Source: a virus. Taken from it: a stretch of 64,000 nucleotides of DNA. The notes under the pieces are model-generated. The model was not told where the DNA came from, searched no databases, and saw nothing but the letters and a program-made list of their open reading frames with translations. Location: IMG/VR virus record IMGVR_UViG_3300045988_163663; one strand, 5' to 3'. This document shows positions 10,013-19,107 of the stretch, in pieces. The translations under genes were made by a program, and so were the position numbers. Each line of letters begins with the position of its first letter. Position 1 is the first letter of the stretch.

Positions 10013-10278
10013 ATTTTAATTTTTAAGCATTTTGCACAATTTTTTCATGCAAATTTTGTGCAATTTGCCAATAGACAAGAATCCTGAAACATGGTATAAT
10101 TCATAATGTCAAGAGGGAACAGCAACTAAAAGTGCTTGGCATCATTAGCCGGGCTACACAACTTCCGCGGTTCGTGTGTAAAAAAAATAAAATTCCCTCT
10201 TGACAATCCCCACCTGATGTGCTATAATTAAGTCAACAAGTGAAGGAAACACTTAAAAACCAGAAAGGAATTGATACC

Positions 10279-10665
10279 ATGGAAAAGATTAAAGCCCCCA
10301 CCCGCAAGGAAATGTTCACCCGCGTTTCTGATTTCCTCGCAGAACATGAAGCAGATACTGCCCTGATTGATTTTGTCAATCACCAGATTGAGCTTCTGGA
10401 CAGCAAGAAGGAAAACAAGAAGCAGGCCAAAGAGCAGGAAGAAAACGCCGCCTACTCTGATGCAATCTATGAGCAGATGGCATTCGAGCGTAAGTACAGC
10501 GTCGCAGAGCTGATGAAGGAGCTTCCGGCTGTCAGCGATTGGAACGCCAACCATGAAACCGAGCTGTCGGTTCAGAAGCTCGCAAGTCTGTTGAAGCCGC
10601 TTGTCGATGGTGGCAAGGTCATTAAGACCACGGAGAAGCGTCGCGTGTTCTACACCAAGGCGTGA
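10279..10665 (+). CDS. hypothetical protein, paralog family X copy 1
   Basis: C-terminus ...GKVIKTTEKRRVFYTKA shared with 13118 and 41435. Confidence 0.5.
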   Translation: MEKIKAPTRKEMFTRVSDFLAEHEADTALIDFVNHQIELLDSKKENKKQAKEQEENAAYSDAIYEQMAFERKYSVAELMKELPAVSDWNANHETELSVQKLASLLKPLVDGGKVIKTTEKRRVFYTKA

Positions 10666-10714
10666 TAAACCAAGGGGGGGCGGAGAAATCCGCCCCACTA
10701 ATTAAGGAGAGCCT

Positions 10715-11113
10715 ATGAGAGAATTGACTGAAAAGGAATGGGCAAAAGTCGATAATCTTGTTGACAAGCTGGAATGTTCGATTGATGAAGCAGTTGACAT
10801 TCTGGACGCCGACAAAGCTATTGACCGTAATCAAAAGGTTGATTTTGATTTAAGTCCAGAAGAACATAAGCAAGCAATGAAACTTGCTAATGTCAAAGAG
10901 CATACGGTCAAGAAAAGCAATGTGTACCGCCCGCGTAAGCCTAATGAAATTAAAGGTGCGATTATCGCCGGTTTGTCAAAATATTTGGCAGAAATGGCAG
11001 ATTTTGAAGTGTTGGATGAAGAAATCACCAACAAAGAGCGGACGATAATGTTTACAAGTGGCGGCGAACGGTTTGAATTGACCCTTATCCAGAAAAGAAA
11101 GCCGAAAAGTTAA
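10715..11113 (+). CDS. hypothetical protein, paralog family Y copy 1
   Basis: Follows family X gene as in second copy at 13588. Confidence 0.45.
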   Translation: MRELTEKEWAKVDNLVDKLECSIDEAVDILDADKAIDRNQKVDFDLSPEEHKQAMKLANVKEHTVKKSNVYRPRKPNEIKGAIIAGLSKYLAEMADFEVLDEEITNKERTIMFTSGGERFELTLIQKRKPKS

Positions 11114-11169
11114 AGAAAATGGGGATTTTTCCCCATTTTCTTCCAAAAAAATTGAAAAAGGTGATAAAA

Positions 11170-11736
11170 ATGGCAAAAAATCCCACGTATTCTGATTATG
11201 TTTCGTCCAACGATTTTGAGGGTGCAAAGGAAAGATTTGACAATGCAAACAAGCGTTGGAAGTCTCATTGGTTTGAAGCTTGCGAAGAAATCTTCAACGC
11301 TTGCAAGGATTGGGCAAAAAAGTATATTCTGGACAAGGTAAATCAAGCAATCCTTATCATTGGTGAGTTTGTTACCAAGAGACGGCCAAAAGAAGAAGGA
11401 ACAAGTAACACCTACCTAATCAAAATGTTTGATGAAGCAGGCAAATGGGTTTTTACAAAAATTGGTAAGGCTAATATAATTGTAAAGAGGATGCAAGGGC
11501 TTCTTAAACGTGAATACAAAAGAGGCGGCAGGGTAAAGATTTCTAACATTGAAATTGTAAAGTCTTACCAGTTGCCGAATGATGACCTTGCCCAAGTTCT
11601 GGAAAACCTAATGAGAGCCTATTTCAGAAAAACTCGGAAATTTATTCCAAACGATAGGTTCGAGGCGTTTGAACCGACTGCCGAAGATTTACAAGTTTTT
11701 GAAAATAATTACAATTTGGTAATGGCGAACGCATAG
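11170..11736 (+). CDS. hypothetical protein
   Basis: ORF about 188 aa from MAKNPTYSDY. Confidence 0.45.
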   Translation: MAKNPTYSDYVSSNDFEGAKERFDNANKRWKSHWFEACEEIFNACKDWAKKYILDKVNQAILIIGEFVTKRRPKEEGTSNTYLIKMFDEAGKWVFTKIGKANIIVKRMQGLLKREYKRGGRVKISNIEIVKSYQLPNDDLAQVLENLMRAYFRKTRKFIPNDRFEAFEPTAEDLQVFENNYNLVMANA

Positions 11737-11760
11737 GGGCAGAAATGCCCCTTTTTATTT

Positions 11761-11793
11761 TGAGCTGCCCGGCCACGACCTAGCCGGGCAGAA
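11761..11793 (+). repeat. GC-rich hairpin of early intergenic cassette (copy 5)
   Basis: GAGCTGCCCGGccacgacctaGCCGGGCAG. Confidence 0.55.
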
Positions 11794-12031
11794 TTTCCAA
11801 TATTTACCAGTTTTACCAATTTTTTTACCAAAACCCTGCTTCATTTGATTAAAGTATTAAATCCTTAAAGTGCCGCACTTTACCACATTAAAGTGTTAAA
11901 GCGTGCATAAATATTCATTGAAAATGAATAAATATTCTTCTTGACATTTTGGGCAAGGTGTGATAATATATAAGAGCAATGAGGGAGCGATGGCAAACCC
12001 TGATTGACATTATTAAAAGGATGGAAACCCT

Positions 12032-12889
12032 ATGACTAAACTTGATAAGCGTCGAAAGTATTACCTGATTCTGGATTGTGAGACGGCTACCTTGCCGTAT
12101 GCCGCAAAGTTTCCCGCAGATATGAAGAAGAATGTAGCAATCGCCAAGCCGCTGATTTATGATTTGGGATGGCAGATTGTGGATATTCGGGGCAAGGTCT
12201 ACAAGCGTGCGTCCTATCTCATTTCTGAGATTTTCAGTGTTCCCGCCGTTTTCAATACTGCATATTATGCAAGCAAGCGTCCGATTTATCTTGACCGTCT
12301 AAAAGCCGGAGAAATCAAGCTGACGGACTGGAATACGGCTGTCGCAGAACTGATTGAAGATTTGGACGCTGTTGTAGCTGTTGGAGCATATAACAGTATG
12401 TTCGACTTTAAGAAGGCTATTCCATTCACTGACCTGTATGTTTCCAAGCTGTACTCGCCTGATTTCTTTGAATGGGAATCTTATCAGAATGAACGATGTG
12501 AAGCAATCGCCCATGGAAGCAAGCCCCATTTGCAGAAAGAGTTTGAACCTGATATTTTCCGCTTCCATGGCAAGGCGTATCCGCTGTTTGACCTGTGGGG
12601 CTTGTCTTGTGAACATCTGTTGAATAATCCTGACTATAAGCAGATGTGCTATGATAATGAGTGGAGAACGGCAAGCGGCAAATATTATCCGACTAACGCG
12701 GAAAAGGCATTTGCCTATTGTTTCCAGCAGGAAGATTTTGAAGAAGCACATACTGCAATCGAGGACGCAATCATTGAATCCATGCTGTTTGCCCTCATTG
12801 GAGAAAAGACCAAGCACAAGTTTGAGATGGGTATTGAATATTTCCCCTACAAAAAGTTGGGAAGATTTGACAGTGATTGGGAGCTGTAA
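12032..12889 (+). CDS. DEDDh-type 3'-5' exonuclease (DnaQ-like)
   Basis: LILDCETAT (Exo I), YNSMFDF (Exo II), HTAIEDA (Exo III) motifs. Confidence 0.65.
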   Translation: MTKLDKRRKYYLILDCETATLPYAAKFPADMKKNVAIAKPLIYDLGWQIVDIRGKVYKRASYLISEIFSVPAVFNTAYYASKRPIYLDRLKAGEIKLTDWNTAVAELIEDLDAVVAVGAYNSMFDFKKAIPFTDLYVSKLYSPDFFEWESYQNERCEAIAHGSKPHLQKEFEPDIFRFHGKAYPLFDLWGLSCEHLLNNPDYKQMCYDNEWRTASGKYYPTNAEKAFAYCFQQEDFEEAHTAIEDAIIESMLFALIGEKTKHKFEMGIEYFPYKKLGRFDSDWEL

Positions 12890-13022
12890 AAGGCTCCCAT
12901 CCCTCCCAAAATTTTCATAGCTACGGTATTGAAATTGCCATTCTGACAAATACTTCCAGCGTTCTGCGATACTTCATTCAAGTCGAAAAAAAATCGTGGA
13001 AAATTCAAAATAAGGTATTGAC

Positions 13023-13051
13023 AAATCAATAGGTTTGTGATACAATATAAT
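13023..13051 (+). promoter_or_regulatory. sigma70-like promoter (TTGACA-17-TACAAT)
   Basis: Consensus hexamers; GTTCCaagagagGAAC hairpin at +1. Confidence 0.45.
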
Positions 13052-13117
13052 TGTTCCAAGAGAGGAACACAAAACAAATAAGGGTTGCGACCTACCGCTA
13101 GAAAGGAATTGATAATT

Positions 13118-13495
13118 ATGGAAAAGAAGATTACCTATGCTCAGGCTCTGAACACCGTTCTGAACAATGAGAACATCATCCTTGCATCTGATGTGCGGGA
13201 GAAGCTGGAAGCTCTGCTTGCTTCTGTCTCCAAGAAGTCCGGCGAGAGAAAGGAAACTGCACAGCAGGTGGAGAACGCCGAGATGGTGGAGCGGATTTAT
13301 CAGGAGATGGAAGCCAACCGCACCTACTCTATTGCCGAACTGATTAAGGAACTGCCGGTTGTGGCTGACTTCAATGCCAACCATGAGAATGATATGTCCA
13401 CGCAGAGAATGGCGAATCTGCTCAGAACCCTCGTGGAAGATGGCAAGGTTATCAAGACTACTGAAAAGCGGCGTGTCTATTACACCAAGGCATAA
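13118..13495 (+). CDS. hypothetical protein, paralog family X copy 2
   Basis: ...DGKVIKTTEKRRVYYTKA C-terminus. Confidence 0.5.
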   Translation: MEKKITYAQALNTVLNNENIILASDVREKLEALLASVSKKSGERKETAQQVENAEMVERIYQEMEANRTYSIAELIKELPVVADFNANHENDMSTQRMANLLRTLVEDGKVIKTTEKRRVYYTKA

Positions 13496-13587
13496 GTGAA
13501 AAAGAAGTAAGGGGAGTTTTCTCCCCTTACTTCTCCCAGCTAATTCCAGATAGTTCCCAGCAAAGAAAATTCTAATAGGACGGTAAA

Positions 13588-13950
13588 ATGTCAATGACCG
13601 CTGAAAAGTTGGCAAATTCGCTTAAAATTTCCATTGAAGAAGCTAACCAAGTTTTGGAAATGGATAAGCGAATTGATAGGGGCGAAAAGTTGTTTGAGTT
13701 GCCGCCGGAGTTTGAAGCAGGAGCGAAAAAGGCAAGACGTGCTGACCGGAAGAAAGTGGAAAATGTAAAACGGGAACGCAAACCTGATGAAGATAAAAGG
13801 GAGCTAATCCAGTATTTGGAAAGTTCCTTGGAAGATGCCTACCCTGATTTAGATTTGGGTAATATTACCATTACAAATCCAGAACGAGAAATGGAATTTA
13901 TTTACAATGGAATTAAATACCGGTTGACCCTGATGCGTCCAAGGAAATAA
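13588..13950 (+). CDS. hypothetical protein, paralog family Y copy 2
   Basis: Same gene order as 10715. Confidence 0.45.
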   Translation: MSMTAEKLANSLKISIEEANQVLEMDKRIDRGEKLFELPPEFEAGAKKARRADRKKVENVKRERKPDEDKRELIQYLESSLEDAYPDLDLGNITITNPEREMEFIYNGIKYRLTLMRPRK

Positions 13951-14248
13951 TTGGAATGGGATTTTCTCCCATTCCAATTTTTGGAATTATAATTGGAAAA
14001 TTTTTCCAAGGAAAATATTGGAACAGATGGTAATTTCAGCCGGTCGTCACTGGCAGTGATGACCGGAATTCTAGAAAAACTTACCATATGGCAATTTTTT
14101 GCTCAATCTAGCGGCCTCTCATATGCCGCATGTTTTTCCCGAAACTGGTTCGCTTCGCTCACTATATTTGCAATTTTTAAAAAAATATTTTATAATATAT
14201 ATACAGAATAAAGAGTTCTGAAAATCTTTATAAAGAGGTAATATACAT

Positions 14249-14644
14249 ATGTATGATTTTTATGATCGTCTGATGAAGGGTGAATCCGCAGAGGATATTG
14301 CCAAGAGCATCACTGATGAACTGAACAAGGCACAGGCCAAGAGAACAGAAGAGTTGAAGGCTCAGGCTGAAAAGTCCAAGAGAGATCAGACAATGGCCGC
14401 GGATGCAGAGGCTATCTGCACTGGCTTGGCGAAGTTTGCAAAGGATTACTATGGCTATGACATTGAGGTTAAGCCGGAAGACCTGATGAAGGTTTTTGAT
14501 ATGGCTGATAAGATTGGTCGTGCTATTGAAGACCTTGGTAAGACGGTTGAGAAGCCTGCTGAGAAAGTAAAGGCTAAGGTATACAAGGTCAATGGCTCTG
14601 CTGATGAAGTCATTGATAAGTTCCTTGATATGATGGGGTGGTGA
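14249..14644 (+). CDS. hypothetical coiled-coil protein
   Basis: ORF 131 aa, last gene of GC-richer block. Confidence 0.45.
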   Translation: MYDFYDRLMKGESAEDIAKSITDELNKAQAKRTEELKAQAEKSKRDQTMAADAEAICTGLAKFAKDYYGYDIEVKPEDLMKVFDMADKIGRAIEDLGKTVEKPAEKVKAKVYKVNGSADEVIDKFLDMMGW

Positions 14645-14712
14645 GGAAAAGGGCTTATGCCCTTTTCTTTTTAGCCTAAAATGGAAATTTTTGGAAAGTC
14701 AAATTTGACTTT

Positions 14713-14745
14713 TATAAAAAAATATGATATAATATTAAAAAAAGA
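14713..14745 (+). promoter_or_regulatory. AT-rich phage promoter-like motif (first copy of late family)
   Basis: TTTATAAAAAAATATGATATAATATTAAAAAAAG; family recurs over 20 times downstream. Confidence 0.45.
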
Positions 14746-15016
14746 TATAATTGCATTAGGGTAGTGATTATTTGTTGTCGGTCGATATAACAATAATAGG
14801 GGTGCCACTGGTGCAGTAGGGCCACCCTTTTCTCAATTTTTAGTAATTTGACACAATTTAGCTCAATTTTAATACAATTTTTAATGATTTTTTAATATAA
14901 TTATATAATTTTATATACATTTTATTAATGTTTGATTATAATATAATTTAATATACCTTATACTACTCTTATTTTATATTATAAGATAAGTAGACTAATT
15001 ATTATATTAGCCTACT

Positions 15017-15586
15017 TTATTTATATCTAAACGGCTACAATCTACCTGCTATATTTCCAATAGGCTAAGATAAGGTAATTAATGCAAATTCCATAGTCTT
15101 TAAATCAGTAGCCGTTAATGCTTTATCTGCCTTTAATTTACTACCATCAATTAATATTTTAAATTCTATATTATCCTCTGGTTTAATTAACTTATAAAAA
15201 TATAGCTTATAATCTTTATTTCTTATATGGCTTTTATGCTCATTCCATCTCTTATTAAAATCAGTAGTACTACCTATATAAATTAACTATCCATTTTTAT
15301 ATACACCATATACTCCACCATCTTTTATTCCTTTATCTTTCCTTATCTATCTCTATTCTTCTTTTTTAATTTTAGCTATCATAGCATCAAATTCTTTCTA
15401 TGTGCCAAACCATCTATAATAATTCTAATTATAAGTCCAATATGGTTTACTCAATTGTTTCTAATCTTCTAAACATATCTCTTTATAATTATTTGGTACT
15501 ATCATAGCTATACGAGGAATACCATATGCCTATTCTCTATACTCTACAAATTTAGATAATGGTTCAAGAGTTTTATATATATTCAT
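15017..15586 (-). CDS. GIY-YIG homing endonuclease (TAG-containing)
   Basis: Minus strand: GVYGVYKNG(Q=TAG)LIYIGSTTDFNKRWNEH; about 8 in-frame TAG and no TAA/TGA over 570 nt of AT-rich DNA. Confidence 0.55.
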
Positions 15587-15789
15587 TAAGTTCTAATAGT
15601 TCTTTATGTTCTTATGAAATCCATAATTTTTCAATTCATATTTTCCTTTCAATTTTTGATTTCGTTTTTCAATTCATTTCTTAAAATATTTCTTTACACC
15701 CATCAACCCTACACTACCACGGGGAAGACACCCGCCACAAAGGAAGTACCCTAAAGCTTGTATGCGAAGCATACAAACTTTTACAAACA

Positions 15790-16175
15790 ATACTTATTTA
15801 CATTTATATTCTTATTGTGCTTGTATCGCTTGTAAAAATCCATTTTCTTGTAAACATTTAAAATTGCTTGTAAAAATTGCTTGTAAAATAAATAAAAATG
15901 CTTGTAATACAAGGAGTAGATAAAAATGCTTGTAAAATTGCTTGTAAAAATCAAGTCTTTCATTTAAAATTTTACAAGCATTTTACAAGCAAAAATTTTT
16001 TACAAGCAAAATTGCTTGTAAAAATAGATTTTTACAAGAACTTTTACAAGCAAAAATTTCCTATCCTTGTAAAACAAGCTTAAAAATTAAAATCCGCCTT
16101 TTTACAAGCATTTTCGTCTTGTATACAAGATTTTTCATCTTGTAAAACCTTCGCTTTACTTGTATTTTTCTTATG
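15790..16175. repeat. iteron array GCTTGTAAAA / TTTTACAAGC (over 20 copies, both orientations)
   Basis: Direct reading of repeated 10-mer with 1-12 nt spacers; not CRISPR-like. Confidence 0.7.
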
Positions 16176-16601
16176 TTCTTCTTCATTTATCATTTCAGGA
16201 TACATTTCTTTAATCTTTTTTAAACGAGCACTTACTGTCTGTTGAGTAATAGCCCCATGTAATCTATCTGAAATCTATTTCTATGTCATACCCTAATTAT
16301 AATATTCAGCAATTTTATCTAATGATAATTCAGCTACTTGTTTAGCTTTGCCTTCTTCTTTCTTTTTCTTATAAGTCTAATCTGTCTTATTAGTCTATGT
16401 AATAAATGGATTTAATATAATTTTAAACATAGCATCATCACTACTATAATCACCAGTCATAGCTACTTCTAATATAGCCATAGCTAATTCTCCCCCTCTA
16501 ACAGGGTCTAATTCATATAGTTCTTTTGCTGATTTAAATGTATCTTCATAAATAATACCACTATTCTTTAAACAAGGAGTATCTTTAAATTCTTTTATCA
16601 T
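16080..16601 (-). CDS. HTH DNA-binding protein (TAG-containing)
   Basis: Minus strand: ...YYN(Q)GMT(Q)K(Q)ISDRLHGAITQQTVSARLKKIK with TAG at conserved Gln of HTH; 3' end overlaps the iterons. Confidence 0.5.
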
Positions 16602-16779
16602 TATTTTGTACCTCCTTGAAATACGTATCAAGAGCCTACATTAAATCAGGCGTTTCTTCATAAACCCAACAATTTAACCATTCATATTGAGGATTCTACA
16701 TTTCAATAATATATTTAAATCCTAACCCTTGAAGATAAATATGGACTTTTAGTGAATAAATAATCTTTGTATTTGGCAT
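16585..16779 (-). CDS. hypothetical small protein (TAG-containing)
   Basis: Minus strand: MPNTKIIYSLKV..., two in-frame TAG. Confidence 0.3.
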
Positions 16780-16788
16780 TTTGTTATA

Positions 16789-16941
16789 TTACTTCTCCTT
16801 ATCCATATATTCTTTAATGGCTTTTCTAATTAATTGCGAAACACTCATATCATTTTCTTTGCAGAATTCATCAATACGTGCCTTCTCTTCATCCTTAACA
16901 CGAGTTGCAATATTATGATAGCCTTCACGTTTACTTGGCAT
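16789..16941 (-). CDS. ribbon-helix-helix (CopG/Arc-like) protein
   Basis: Minus strand: MPSKREGYHNIATRVKDEEKARIDEFCKENDMSVSQLIRKAIKEYM; GGAGA RBS. Confidence 0.5.
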   Translation of the reverse strand: MPSKREGYHNIATRVKDEEKARIDEFCKENDMSVSQLIRKAIKEYMDKEK

Positions 16942-17156
16942 ATATATTCTCCTTTTCTTTTATTAATCTACTATATATAAAAATTAAATCAATATTCTTA
17001 ACCGCGGTGGCCCAAAAAATTTTAAGTAATTTATAACAAGTTTAATTGATATAAGTTGAAATAAAAATATACCTATTGGTTTTATAAATAGTGGAAAAAT
17101 ATAAAAAAATTTGATAAAATATATATAAGATAAAAGATAAGAAAGGAAAATCTTAA

Positions 17157-17624
17157 ATGCCAAATTATCGTGAACAGAATGGCGAAGTTGGTAGCTACAA
17201 CAACTTAAAAGTCTGGGTCCTTAATGGTAATGAGTTCCAAAAGAAGCTACTCACCAAGGGCGGACTTAATGCTACTACCATTTACTGCCTTAAAGAATAT
17301 GACCCCTATCACAAGCTACTGCCCGACTGCATGTACGCCTATATGATTAACCCTAATGACCGCGACAACCTCTACTGCCTTGGCACTATGGGCAATTATG
17401 GAAAAGTGAATTTCAAGAAAAATATCGCAGCGTGCGAAAAGTTCTCACTCGCCCCTAAGCCTGCTCCTAAAACCACATTTGAAGTAGATACTACTAACTA
17501 TGGCGACGCACCTACTCTTACAACCATTGACGCCATTCTTGCCGATATCCAGAAGTGGAATACAAAGATTGATTATGCCGACTATACTAAAACAGTAGAT
17601 AAATACTTGGAGGCCCTTGCATGA
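17157..17624 (+). CDS. hypothetical protein
   Basis: ORF 155 aa after AT-rich promoter motif at 17095. Confidence 0.45.
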   Translation: MPNYREQNGEVGSYNNLKVWVLNGNEFQKKLLTKGGLNATTIYCLKEYDPYHKLLPDCMYAYMINPNDRDNLYCLGTMGNYGKVNFKKNIAACEKFSLAPKPAPKTTFEVDTTNYGDAPTLTTIDAILADIQKWNTKIDYADYTKTVDKYLEALA

Positions 17625-17818
17625 AAAGATTTATAACATTTACAACAGATGACAATGATACATTTTTCTATGCTGTTAATGATGTTATGAGTGCAAAATT
17701 CCACTATGGTTCAGAACTCTCTATGGACCTTACAACTAAATCTCATGGCATTGAAACATTTGTTTTTGATAATCCAAAAGATTGGGAATATGCAGTTGAG
17801 GTATTTAATGACCTATGA
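17621..17818 (+). CDS. hypothetical protein
   Basis: Overlapping ATGA coupling. Confidence 0.4.
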   Translation: MKRFITFTTDDNDTFFYAVNDVMSAKFHYGSELSMDLTTKSHGIETFVFDNPKDWEYAVEVFNDL

Positions 17819-18108
17819 TTAATCCTTACTTCACATTTACAACAGATAATAAAAACCTCTGCTGCTATAAAACATCAAGTATCATCTACGTTAGTTTCTA
17901 TACTGACCCAAATGAAAAATATAAAATGCAAATCCAAGTCACAGGAGATACTGATGAAACTATAGCTGTTTATTCCTTCCAAGATAAAAAATATTGGGAT
18001 GTTGCCCAAGAAAAATGGATGGACCTTATGCGTGCGGCCCGTAATGAAGCAGCAAATAATACCAGTATGAGATATTATGGTAGTTATGGAGATGTTGACC
18101 CATGGTAA
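17815..18108 (+). CDS. hypothetical protein
   Basis: ORF 97 aa. Confidence 0.4.
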   Translation: MINPYFTFTTDNKNLCCYKTSSIIYVSFYTDPNEKYKMQIQVTGDTDETIAVYSFQDKKYWDVAQEKWMDLMRAARNEAANNTSMRYYGSYGDVDPW

Positions 18109-18362
18109 TTACTATCTATACAGGCCTTCAACGCAAACATCAGGTAAAAAATGACATTCGCTTCGTAAAAGGCAACAATACTACTAATACTATTTATGTT
18201 ACCTTTTGGAGCGGCAGAAAAGCTAAATACAAATGTGATGATAGAATCTATTATATTGCTGCATATGAGAGACTTCGCCGAAACATTCAATATCCGTTTT
18301 AATTGAAAAATAAATAAAAATATTATAAAATATATATATAAAGAATAGAGGAGAAATAAGAA

Positions 18363-18653
18363 ATGGATAAAACCTTATTCGCTAAGCTTACTACTCTTAC
18401 ATCAGAAGCAGAAGTCAATAAAGAGCGTCGGGCAACTGAAAAGGCAGAACAAATCATCGCAAATAATACCCCAGCCATGCTGCAAGCGGCAACAAATGGT
18501 GCTTATGCTTATACCATTGTCATTTCTCCCGATGATACTCCCTCGTCGAACAATTATACCGTTAAGAAACTTCAAGAAATTCTTAATTCTAATAACTTTA
18601 CAACTCAATATTTCCAAGATAATACAATGATTGTTAGGTGGCGTGACGCATGA
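18363..18653 (+). CDS. hypothetical protein
   Basis: ORF 96 aa with GGAGAAATAAGAAATG RBS. Confidence 0.45.
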   Translation: MDKTLFAKLTTLTSEAEVNKERRATEKAEQIIANNTPAMLQAATNGAYAYTIVISPDDTPSSNNYTVKKLQEILNSNNFTTQYFQDNTMIVRWRDA

Positions 18654-18925
18654 ACCTTGATGAATACCTTGATCGTGCAACTGAAATGCGAAACGAGATT
18701 GCCGCATATGATGAGAAGATAGTACGCCTTTTGGACGAAAGAGTTCAATTGGCAAAAAACTTGGTAGAACTTAAAAAAGAACATTCTCGTCCGGCATATA
18801 CACCAATAGTAGAAGAAAAGAAGATAGAATATTTAAGCACTCTAACTTCTTATCCAGATTTGATTAAGATGTTATGGCCTATGATTATGGGTTATAGCCG
18901 CATCCCCTATAACGAAAGGATTTAA
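18650..18925 (+). CDS. hypothetical protein
   Basis: ORF 91 aa. Confidence 0.4.
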   Translation: MNLDEYLDRATEMRNEIAAYDEKIVRLLDERVQLAKNLVELKKEHSRPAYTPIVEEKKIEYLSTLTSYPDLIKMLWPMIMGYSRIPYNERI

Positions 18926-19107
18926 TTATGAAAATGAAAAACAATGTCTCCGGTAAGACTTACACGATCGCACAAATCTTCCGAGACGATAGCGGATATT
19001 TCCGTGTCCTTTACTTTGATCCCGAAGCAAATAGATGGCTAACCGAAAGCCTCAACTTCTTTACTCCAGTAGAAAACTAACTAAAATTAAGAAAGGAATA
19101 GACGTAA

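Noticed and set aside
1-14650. Left block as bacterial host chromosome or prophage boundary
   Set aside because: No housekeeping genes, integrase or att-like repeats are present. The genes are small, promoter-per-gene, phage-type (deoxyribosyltransferase, exonuclease, AbrB-like) with a reiterated cassette, fitting a phage early region. A chimeric join cannot be excluded from sequence alone.
15781-16083. ORFs 15781-15963 (-) and 15898-16083 (+) inside the repeat array
   Set aside because: Their sequences are just translations of the reiterated TTTTACAAGC 10-mer (FYK/LVK repeats). They are repeat artefacts, not genes.
15790-16175. Considered whether the repeat array is a CRISPR array
   Set aside because: Repeats are only about 10 nt, occur in both orientations with irregular 1-12 nt spacing, and no cas genes are present. 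It is an iteron-type array.
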